From Candidatus Hodarchaeota archaeon (GTDB lineage: Archaea; Asgardarchaeota; Lokiarchaeia; Sigyniarchaeales; SOKP01), in the NCBI GenBank assembly GCA_048887225.1, contig JBHLJY010000009.1:39329-103328 (forward strand): a stretch of DNA of 64,000 bases, written 5' to 3'. A model generated the notes under the pieces. It was not told the DNA's origin and did no database searches. It worked only from the letters and a program-made list of their open reading frames with translations. The position numbers and the translations under genes were made by a program. Each line of letters opens with the position of its first letter. Positions within the stretch are counted from its first letter, which is position 1. Of this stretch, positions 29,990-39,700 are shown one piece after another.

Positions 29990-31231
29990 GTGCCGTCAAT
30001 TTCTATAGCTCAAAATGTTTCAAATTTACAGCGAGTAGAATTGTTGAAGAGAGCAGAGTCATTTATTTTTTCCACGGGTATAAACGATGGTGCTGCTAAA
30101 TTGTGTAAAGCGAATATGAAATATGGTTTAGCGATGTTTCAGCTTATTCAAGAAAAATATGGCTTCGAGCCAAAAGCAACTTTTATATCATCCCCAGATG
30201 AAACTGTCTCGAGGAATTCTTATCGATGGAATTCTGGATTAGGTTACGGAGGGAAACTAATTTGGGGATCTGGAAATGAAAAAATAATTTTTTTAAATGC
30301 TAAGCCAAATTGTTGTGGAATTTTGGTTGGTGGTTTAGAAGAATTGCCTAAAGTTTATGAAATTATAAAGCAAATTGATGAAATTAAGGATTCTGAATTA
30401 TACTGCAACGATATACTATTAGATTGGGATTATGATGTAAGTAATCATTTTATTAATTGTTTTGAAACTAAGAACTTATCTGATATTAAACTACCTCCTT
30501 ATATGTTTTTTATCCATGGCTCTGCTCCTGAATTCCAAGATGAAAAATATGGAATGGGGCTATATGTTGATAAATCAAAAATGTTGAAAGAGCTCGCTAT
30601 CGATGAAGAAACTAAATTTGGCAAACAGTACATCTTAATCGATAATGATGCATCAGATTATCTTGAATTCAATAAAAAAGCAATAGAATTTTCTAAGAAT
30701 AAAAGGAGAATTATAGCAAATAATATTTTTGGAAACAATCATAAAGTCATATGTAATCAAATGCATCAATTCTTAAAGGATTATAATACCATGTATTTAG
30801 GAAGCAACTGTACTGATACTAATTATAAATTCGTAGAATCAGATATATTTCCAACCGCTCTTAGAGCAGATGTACCTGCTTATTTATTCAAAGGGAATGT
30901 CAATTTTACGGAAGTAGTTATGCAAAATCTGGATTTCTTGGAAAAAGCAGAAACTTTAGGAATCAAAAATACATTAAAATCAGCCAATATCCTACCTCAT
31001 GGGGGAGGGTATCGCTTTCCAGATATTAAGGGAGTAAATAAAGTTTTAGAATATAAGGATCAGAGATATTTTGTTTGTGAATTAAAAACAAAAGAAAGAG
31101 TTAAAATAATCAGGAATGTTCGTGAAATACAGTACGAATATAGAGGACGGGATATTGTATTGAAAACGCTTCAATTAGATTTAGGGAGTATAATTGCTCG
31201 GTTAAATCCAATATTTTCGCTAAAGTTATAA
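29990..31231 (+). CDS. Divergent RtcB-family protein
   Basis: Ordered motifs PD..GYGG, NCCG, NHF, IHGS, HQ, PHGGG and YR parallel those of RtcB. Confidence 0.7.
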   Translation: MPSISIAQNVSNLQRVELLKRAESFIFSTGINDGAAKLCKANMKYGLAMFQLIQEKYGFEPKATFISSPDETVSRNSYRWNSGLGYGGKLIWGSGNEKIIFLNAKPNCCGILVGGLEELPKVYEIIKQIDEIKDSELYCNDILLDWDYDVSNHFINCFETKNLSDIKLPPYMFFIHGSAPEFQDEKYGMGLYVDKSKMLKELAIDEETKFGKQYILIDNDASDYLEFNKKAIEFSKNKRRIIANNIFGNNHKVICNQMHQFLKDYNTMYLGSNCTDTNYKFVESDIFPTALRADVPAYLFKGNVNFTEVVMQNLDFLEKAETLGIKNTLKSANILPHGGGYRFPDIKGVNKVLEYKDQRYFVCELKTKERVKIIRNVREIQYEYRGRDIVLKTLQLDLGSIIARLNPIFSLKL

Positions 31232-31296
31232 AAAAAGTAAAATTAATAATTTCTTCTACTTTATTTTATTAAAATTTACATTCTGGTTAGTTTAAA

Positions 31297-31701
31297 ATGT
31301 TAGTCCAAATTAGTGTGAAAATGCCGGATCGACCGGGGATGCTTGCAGAATTTACCAAAATGCTAAATGAGAACAATATTATAATTGTATCGATAACAGT
31401 TTCTCAGATTCCAGGATTAGTATTGTTTATCGTTAATAAACCAGACGATATGAAAAAAGTATTAGATGAAAACAAATATGATTATTCAATGAAGGAAGTA
31501 ATTGCTGTATTGTTGCCTGATAATCCAACTAGTTCTGAGCAAATTCAAAAAGTCGCTCAAGTTTTAGGTGATAATAATATTAATATTGATTTTCTTTATA
31601 GTACGTTTATAAAGAAAGGTCCAGTGCTTATTATTCACGTCAGCGATAATAATAAAGCAGGCGACGTTCTAAAGGCTAATGGAATGTACTTGTATGAATA
31701 A
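31297..31701 (+). CDS. Tandem ACT domain protein
   Basis: QISVKMPDRPGMLA and LGDNNINIDFLY. Confidence 0.88.
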   Translation: MLVQISVKMPDRPGMLAEFTKMLNENNIIIVSITVSQIPGLVLFIVNKPDDMKKVLDENKYDYSMKEVIAVLLPDNPTSSEQIQKVAQVLGDNNINIDFLYSTFIKKGPVLIIHVSDNNKAGDVLKANGMYLYE

Positions 31702-31744
31702 GAAATATTTAGTTTTTTTACTATTTTTTTATTTTAGTTAACAA

Positions 31745-33802
31745 TTATAATACCTTAGCTCCAGGAGAGACATCTTTATCTTTATCAGGAGTTAGGACAG
31801 AAATAACCTTACCATCCTCTGCTGCTAATAACATACCTTGGCTGAGAATGCCCCTCATTTTTTTTGGTTCTAAGTTCGCTAAAACAACTATTTTTTTTCC
31901 TATTAGGTCCTTTTCTTCATAGAATTTTGCCACACCAGCGATTAATGTACGTTTTTCTGTGCCTATATCAATATCTAACTTTAAAAGATTATCTGTACCC
32001 TTGACTTTTTCAGCATTCTCAATCAAGGCTACTCTGATATCCAATTTTTTAAAATCCTCGTATGTTATCATTTCTTTTTCCTCAATTTTTTCTTTTTTAA
32101 TACCACGGATTTTATTGAGCTTATCTTGAAGCTCTTTAATTTCTAATTTTTGGAAGAGAGGGTCAGGTTTTTTTATCTTATGATCTACTACAAGTGATTC
32201 AGTAACGATACTATCCCAGCCTATTTCATTTAAATCCTTTTTTATATTTAAGTAATTCAAAATTCGTTCTGAAGTATCAGGTATAAAAGGTCCTAATAAT
32301 ATTGCTAAAGCATAAACTGCTTGAGCACATACATTAAAAACATGCCCAGCTGCTTCTTTTTTTTCTTTTATTAAATGCCAAGGTGCTTTATCATTTAAAT
32401 AAACATTCCCATCTCTTGCAAATTTAACAATATCCCTAAGAGCTTTTCTTAATTCAAAATTTTCTATTGTATTACCAACATTATTCCCGATAAAAGATAT
32501 TTTAGAAATAAATGCTTTATCGACATCATCAATGTCAATTTTCTTTGGTATCTTTCCGTCAAATTCTTTAATTATAAAGGTTAAAGTTCGATGAATAAAA
32601 TTTCCAATAACATCGTTTAAAGTCTTGATATTGTTATCGAATTCAGACCATAAGAAAGAAGTGTCGCTCTTCTCAGGTCTGTTATAAATTAAATTGAATC
32701 GCCAGTAGTCTAATGGAGCTAATTCTAATGCTTCATCAATCCAAATGCCGACACCCATAGATTTAGAAAACTTATCATTCTCATACATTAAAAATTCAGT
32801 TGAAGACACGTTATAAGGTAGAACTAATTTTTTTCCATTTGTTTTATCTTCATTATAAGCCATTAACAAGCCAGGAAAAACAATTAGATGAAAGATAATA
32901 TTATCTTTTCCTATAAAATAAACGGTCTTGGTTTTTTTATCTTTCCAAAAATAATCAAATTTCTCTGATTGGTCTATTATCTTTTCAGCCCATTCTTTAA
33001 CAGCAGAGATATACCCTAAAACTGCCTCAAACCAAACATAAATAGTTTTATCCTCAGCTCCTTTAAATTTCGCAGGTATGCCCCATTCTAGATCTCTTGT
33101 GATAGCTCTTTCGGGTAGCCCTTCAGCAATACTATTTAAACACATTTGTCGAGCATTTTGAGGAATTATCTCATTTTCGTCTATTAATCTCTTGAGACGC
33201 TCTTGTAGTTTTGGAAAATCCAAATACCAATGTTTCGTTGTTCGGATTTTAGGAAGTGAATCGCAGATAGCACAGCGAGGTTGTTTCAGTTCTAAAGGAA
33301 TTAATAATTTTTGGCATTTATCACATTGATCCCCTCTAGCTTTTTCATATCCGCAATGAGGACATACACCTTCAACAAATCTATCTGGTAAATAAAGATT
33401 ATCTTTTTCACAATAGAGTGATTCAATTTCTTTTTCAAATATATACCCATTTTTTTGAATATCTAAATAAAATTCTTGAGTAAATTTAATGTGAGTTGGG
33501 TTATGAGTAATCGTATAATTATCGTATGAGATATTCCATCTTTTAAATAAATCTTTAATGATGATATGGTTTTTCAACGCTAATTCTTTTGCCTCAATAT
33601 TCTGTCTTTTAGCAGCTACAGCCACTGGTGTCCCATGAGAATCTGAACCTGAGACAAAAACAATCTCATCACCTTTCAATCTAAGATATCTAGCAAAGAC
33701 ATCTGCTGATAATACTGAACCAATCATATTACCTAAATGTGGGATTGCATTTACGTATGGCCAAGCAGATGTAATCACCCATTTATTTCGATGAGCAGTC
33801 AA
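31745..33802 (-). CDS. metG: Methionine--tRNA ligase with C-terminal tRNA-binding domain
   Basis: PYVNAIPHLGN (HIGH), Zn knuckles, KFSKS and C-terminal OB domain SQGMLLAA. Confidence 0.97.
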   Translation of the reverse strand: MTAHRNKWVITSAWPYVNAIPHLGNMIGSVLSADVFARYLRLKGDEIVFVSGSDSHGTPVAVAAKRQNIEAKELALKNHIIIKDLFKRWNISYDNYTITHNPTHIKFTQEFYLDIQKNGYIFEKEIESLYCEKDNLYLPDRFVEGVCPHCGYEKARGDQCDKCQKLLIPLELKQPRCAICDSLPKIRTTKHWYLDFPKLQERLKRLIDENEIIPQNARQMCLNSIAEGLPERAITRDLEWGIPAKFKGAEDKTIYVWFEAVLGYISAVKEWAEKIIDQSEKFDYFWKDKKTKTVYFIGKDNIIFHLIVFPGLLMAYNEDKTNGKKLVLPYNVSSTEFLMYENDKFSKSMGVGIWIDEALELAPLDYWRFNLIYNRPEKSDTSFLWSEFDNNIKTLNDVIGNFIHRTLTFIIKEFDGKIPKKIDIDDVDKAFISKISFIGNNVGNTIENFELRKALRDIVKFARDGNVYLNDKAPWHLIKEKKEAAGHVFNVCAQAVYALAILLGPFIPDTSERILNYLNIKKDLNEIGWDSIVTESLVVDHKIKKPDPLFQKLEIKELQDKLNKIRGIKKEKIEEKEMITYEDFKKLDIRVALIENAEKVKGTDNLLKLDIDIGTEKRTLIAGVAKFYEEKDLIGKKIVVLANLEPKKMRGILSQGMLLAAEDGKVISVLTPDKDKDVSPGAKVL

Positions 33803-33905
33803 ATTAAATTACTTCTCTTAGTGATTTAATAAGAAAAAGGTTGCAATTCTTAAATATTTTAGATAAAAGAAGGTCTAATTAGTATTTATAAGTTAATAAT
33901 TTCCG

Positions 33906-35087
33906 TTAATTAAGAATAATTTTAGCACCACAATACCTACAAGCTTTAAGTTCAGTAAACATTTTTTTAAGGCATGGTTCATGATAATAGGACCCACAAC
34001 TTTCACATTTAAATACTTTAAAATCTCCTAAAAAAATATTATGACAATAAGAACACGATGCATTAATTTGATTTACATTATCTTCATGGATTTCAATCAT
34101 TTTTGATTCTTTAATGTCTAAATCCTCAATTATTTTAATTTTTTGAGATGTGCCATCTATTTTTTTCACCATTTTTACAGCTGACTTTGGTAATTCCAAT
34201 AAGAAAAAGCAAAATGGGCATCGGAATATATTTTCTTTAAATTCTGATCCTTTAGCCCACATAGCTGCACAGGATAAATGCACTGGTCTGTCACAATTTG
34301 GACAGTATCGCCCTTCTGCATAGAAATCAGCCCTAGTTATTGGTGATTTTATCGAATGACAAATGGCGCACTTATCTTCTCCTTCACTCTTTTTTGTCAT
34401 CATTAAGCGAATCTCCATTAAACTTGGTCTTCTTAAAGATAAAGCGATTTCTCCCACTAATGGTGCTGATTTTTCTTTTTTTTCTGTTAAATAAAATTCT
34501 GCATGTGTTTTAATTTCTTTTTTAGAAGCAAATTCTCCCCCAGCAGTTATTATTGCCCTTGGATTATTAAAATAACCATATTCACCGTCTGTAATTTGAG
34601 TCATTCTCTTTAATAAATTTTTGTTCTGATCTTGAGGCTTTCCCAATTGACATACATCAATATATATGCCTAATCCCTTTGCTATGTTTACGATTTTATC
34701 TAATTTTGTTTGATTAATGGCTAACTTATCATCGCTTATTATGAATATTCTCTGAATTTTCCCTCCAATCTTACGCATTTCTTGAATAATTACCTGTAAT
34801 GATAATGCGATTGCTTGATGTAAAGATCCTTTACCTGATATCTGAATTTTTTTTAATGAACTAAAGAGTTTATTCTCATCATGAGAATAAGGGCTTAATC
34901 TTTTTGGAACATCTCCAAATGAGATTATTGAAATCCTATCTTTTGAATCGATCGCAAATTTTTTCTGAATAAAATTTTTTATCGCTAGCAATGCAACGGC
35001 TAATCGATTAGGAGTAATATCTTTTCTCATCATCGATCTTGATGTATCTACAAGAAGTATGGTATCTTCAATCCTTAATTCATGCAA
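33906..35087 (-). CDS. VWA domain (Ssl1/p44- or Rpn10-like) plus two C4HC3 RING-like zinc fingers
   Basis: VDTSRSM..KDITPNRL; CAIC..CPNC..HLSC..CPFC; CSYC..CESC..HEPC..CRYC. Confidence 0.85.
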   Translation of the reverse strand: MHELRIEDTILLVDTSRSMMRKDITPNRLAVALLAIKNFIQKKFAIDSKDRISIISFGDVPKRLSPYSHDENKLFSSLKKIQISGKGSLHQAIALSLQVIIQEMRKIGGKIQRIFIISDDKLAINQTKLDKIVNIAKGLGIYIDVCQLGKPQDQNKNLLKRMTQITDGEYGYFNNPRAIITAGGEFASKKEIKTHAEFYLTEKKEKSAPLVGEIALSLRRPSLMEIRLMMTKKSEGEDKCAICHSIKSPITRADFYAEGRYCPNCDRPVHLSCAAMWAKGSEFKENIFRCPFCFFLLELPKSAVKMVKKIDGTSQKIKIIEDLDIKESKMIEIHEDNVNQINASCSYCHNIFLGDFKVFKCESCGSYYHEPCLKKMFTELKACRYCGAKIILN

Positions 35088-35184
35088 TTTTTTCTTAATT
35101 ACCTATATTTTTAACTGAATTTATTTTAAAAAATAATAAATCAAAAATAATAAATAAATTTCTATTTTGAAATTTAGCATTTAT

Positions 35185-36534
35185 TTATTTTAAAAATTTA
35201 TAAGCAAAAAGAGTAAAAACTTTTATTGCATTTAGAAAATCTTGAATCTCAACATGTTCATCTACTGTATGAGCTGAGGCTGCGACTCCTGGTCCAAATA
35301 TTACTGTTTGAGGGCAATAATTAGTATTACGTAAGAAGTTAGCATCTGCAGAAGCAGGAAGCAAAAAGTAAAATGGTTTTTGATTATAGACTTTTTCTAC
35401 AATATCATATAATTCTTTTAATGTTTGAGAATTTTCCCATTCTTTCCAATATGATGCTTCAGATTGCTGTTCTATTTCTAAATAAACATATATTTCTTCT
35501 GGTCCCCCTATTGGAGTGTTTTTTATATGATATCCTAATTCTTGTATTATTTTTTTAATCTCATTAATTATTATATCAACATTTTGTCCAGGTAATAATC
35601 TAAAATCAATTTTTGCTTCGCATCGACCAGGAACAACATTTTCTTTAATTCCTGCGTTAATCATCGTTACACTGTAAGTAAATTGAGTAAGCGCTTTCAT
35701 TACATTTGACAATAAAGGTTGTTCATTATAAACTCTTTCAAAATTTTCTTTATTTGGAAAAGAGGCACTCACAAGTTTTTTGAGTTTATTTAAGGATATT
35801 GGAGGACTAACTTTTGGTACCCGATCATGAAGTTTAACTAAATTTTGTATAATATCACTCATCATATATATCGCATTTTTTCCCAAAAAAGGAGCTGAAG
35901 CATGGCAAGAAATACCATTTGTAACTATTTTTAGTTGAACACGACCTTTCTCTCCTAAAAGTATTGCTTTTGATAATGGTTTAAAATCTGTCGCCTCACC
36001 TACAATAGAAAAATCACATTTAATTGAATTTAATTTATTATCTAAACACCACTTAGTACCAAATATCCCTCCAGTTTCTTCATCAGCAACGATATTTAAA
36101 ATCAGATTTCCAGATAATTTTATATTTAATATTTTTAAAATCTTTAAAGCTATAACCATAGCTGCTACTCCACTTTTCATATCAGCTGATCCTCTACCAT
36201 ATAAAATTTTTTTTCTTTTAATAATAGCTGATAAGGGGGGATATTTCCATTCTTCCTCTGATCCTGGAGGAACAACGTCCATATGTCCATTATATAAAAG
36301 ATTTTTATCATTGAAATTATCATTCAAAAATGCTATTAAATTGGCTCGATTTTCTCCAAAAGGGAAAACCTTACATTTAATTCCATCTGGTTTCAAATAA
36401 TCAATAATTTTTAAAGCAACATCATTTTCATTTCCCGGTGGATTATAGGAATTTATTCTTATTAATTCTCTAAGAAATTCGATATACTCTTCTTTATTAT
36501 TTTCTATTTTATTATGAATTAAATCTACACTCAT
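35185..36534 (-). CDS. M20 family metallopeptidase/deacylase (ArgE/DapE-like)
   Basis: NGHMDVVP, GRGSADMK, DEETGG and AHTVDE. Confidence 0.92.
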   Translation of the reverse strand: MSVDLIHNKIENNKEEYIEFLRELIRINSYNPPGNENDVALKIIDYLKPDGIKCKVFPFGENRANLIAFLNDNFNDKNLLYNGHMDVVPPGSEEEWKYPPLSAIIKRKKILYGRGSADMKSGVAAMVIALKILKILNIKLSGNLILNIVADEETGGIFGTKWCLDNKLNSIKCDFSIVGEATDFKPLSKAILLGEKGRVQLKIVTNGISCHASAPFLGKNAIYMMSDIIQNLVKLHDRVPKVSPPISLNKLKKLVSASFPNKENFERVYNEQPLLSNVMKALTQFTYSVTMINAGIKENVVPGRCEAKIDFRLLPGQNVDIIINEIKKIIQELGYHIKNTPIGGPEEIYVYLEIEQQSEASYWKEWENSQTLKELYDIVEKVYNQKPFYFLLPASADANFLRNTNYCPQTVIFGPGVAASAHTVDEHVEIQDFLNAIKVFTLFAYKFLK

Positions 36535-36707
36535 TAAACCTCATCAAAAATTTTTGTTATATTTCGTTAAACTTTAAAAAAAATCTGCGTTTTTCATTAT
36601 CTTGCCAAAAGCTAAACATTTCTAATAAATTTAAAAAATTTAGGAAATTTTAATATTATTAAATTATTTTATAATTAAATGAAATTGGATAATACACGGT
36701 TGTACTG

Positions 36708-39700
36708 TTGATTCTACACAAAAAAGAAATCAAACAGATATTATTAACCATTACACTTATTATTTTAATAATAGTATCCAATTTTCCAAGAATTAATGAA
36801 ATAAATCCCCAATCTGATGATATAAATAATCAAAATCTTGTTTATAATGAAAAATCAGAAATTCCTAATATTTCTGGAATTAAAGAAGTTAGTGATTATA
36901 TTAATGGGACCGGGATTAATCAAACCGTCAGGATTTATGCGAATAATCAATCAAGACTAACAAATCAAGAAAAATATTTCGAATTTCCCCCCCCAGATTC
37001 TAATACTAATCTCAGTCATGGAGATTTTTATTTTAATTTTGGTAATAATTTCACAACTGACTATGTTATAGAAGATGATAATGCACTATCTCCATTTGGA
37101 GGGGAATATTATGAGAAATATATATTAGATGAAATTACTTCATATATACAAGTTCATAATGGATCTGAATATCCAAATAATGGTTATAGGCAATTCATAA
37201 CAGGAGCAATTCAAAGCTTTAACATTAGTGCGAATAATGGACTGGCTAATTTTACAATTTACACAGAGTTTAAGAATGATCTCATTATAAATCCTTTTAC
37301 ACCGATAAATTTTTTAAGGGAAAATATAATCGGATTTATATTAAATTTAGCTTGTAATGTTAACAAGTCCGTAAATGTAACTATATATATGAAAAGCTTT
37401 TATTACCCTGATGCAGGGGAGTTTATTAGAGTTACAGATACATTTGAATTAAACAGCACATTAAATCCACAAGATATTGATCGCCTAATAGTTAATCAAA
37501 ACTTAAAATTTATTAATACTTCAGGTTGGTGCCATATTCTTTTTGTTTTAAATAGGACTGACGCTTCTGAATTTAATATTACAATTGACGAATTTGATTT
37601 TAATTCATTTCTCGTCACGGAATTACCAATCTCTGATCAAAAGCATATTGCTTTAGAGTTTGATTTAAGAGGTAAAAATACAACAATTAATGGATTTTAC
37701 GCATGGATAAGGACATTGAATCTAACAGAAGCTAAAAATGTAACTTTAACCGTATCTCTTTATTACGCAACTGATACAATAGGAAGAACACAAGAGAATT
37801 TAAATTGGGACGGTTCCACAGATATTGAACCTAAAATAACAACTGGTTTGATATATTCTAAAAATTGGACTTATAATGATTATCATGGTGATAAGCTTTT
37901 TTATTTCAATTTTGATTCAAGTCAAACTTCAGATTTGAAACGATACAATTACTTCATAGTAATTAAATCTAACCATTCTGATGAGGATATACATAGTTTG
38001 GTTTGTCTTCCGCGTGGTGCTTATGGAGATGGAGTAGAGGGTTGGGATCATCTTACATTAAAATCAGATGATGGAGGCACGAACTGGATTCTTGCAACAT
38101 GGGAAAATGAACCATTACTTTATCAATTAGATGTAAGTCAATTTAAATTAAATATAACTCGTGGTTATGTACCTCAAGATTTTAAAGCTGATGGTACAAT
38201 TACCTTAAAAATTCAAAACCATATTATTGAAGATGTAAGTGATTTAATAGAGATAATCACAGGACAGACAGCTGAAGATCGAGATGTACCAGTTCTTACA
38301 TGGGGGATTGGTCGTTGGAATAATTATTTTACGCCATCATTAGAAATTTATAAAACAGGTTATTTTCGAGTTAATCTTACTTGGAATGCAACCATTACTG
38401 GTATTAAAGGATTTAAATTTGATGTAAATTATACAGTTGAAGTATTTCGAAATGACACCATCCCGTCATTTTATAATGCTATATACAACGAATTACCTGA
38501 ATGGATTTTTAATTATACTTTAAATTTATACGATTCTATATTTAATAATTGGAATTTCACACAATTTTGGTTCATTTATCCCAATTATTTCAATGCTTAT
38601 AATTTAGCTATTCCTAATAGTACTCAAGTATATAACAAGACTGGTAGAGAATTTTCCTTTGCTGAGCGACCAAATTATAAAAAATTTGTTGTAAATTCGA
38701 GTATTATTAATCCCTTAGATAAGGCAAATTATACTGGTACATATTCTCTTAATTTAACTAGTCTGAATGCGATTATTGATGATACATTTATGCATAGTTA
38801 TATTAATTTTAAAGGAATGTTATGGGAAACCCGTGGTTTTATGTACGGTGATAATATTTCTGTAAGTCTTGATATACAAGATCATACCGGCTTAGCGCCT
38901 TTAAACGGAAGAGCAAATGTGTCTTTATTTTATCCAAATGGTACAAAATTTCCTAATGCAGATCTGTACTCTGAAAATGGTAAAATTTCAATAGACAAAA
39001 CGATACTTACTTACAGATTTAATAATGATACTATATTAGAATTGACAAAAAATATTCCGTTAGAAACCGATTTTTCTGACGGTGATCATTATTCTTTAGG
39101 TTTTTTCTGGTCAAATAGTTCGATAATTGGTTGCGCAAAAATAGATATTTATATATTTATATATGATATTAACCTAAGTAGATGTGTTTTTGAACCAGAA
39201 GATAATATTAATCGCCTTGATGGCAGAATTCTCAATGAATTCCCCGAGGATTACTCTCTATTAATTGCTTCTATCAATGAAACAACAGGTTATAATAATC
39301 CTAATTTTTACCCGATTAATAAATCAATTAACCAAATTGATGGTACATTTACTTATAATTTCAAAGGGAAAAACTTTCAAGTTTATATGAACAATTTCCT
39401 CCAAAATGAATCAATTTTAAATCCTAAAGAAAAAATGAAAATAAAAGTTGTAATTCAGAACTTATTCATATTTGACTTAGATGTTAAGATCAATGTAAAA
39501 CTTGTGAGCCTTGCTAAGGAAGAATGGGTTATTGCTGAAAATGCCTCTATTACGAAAAAAATAGGAATGAATGGTCTTCCAAATGGTGGCGACACTGAAG
39601 AATTTAATATTGAATTAACAATCCCTGAATTTAATACAACTGACTTAACGTGGAAAGGTGTTAACGCTCCCGTAAGACAAGGAGGTGTAAAAACTATAGT

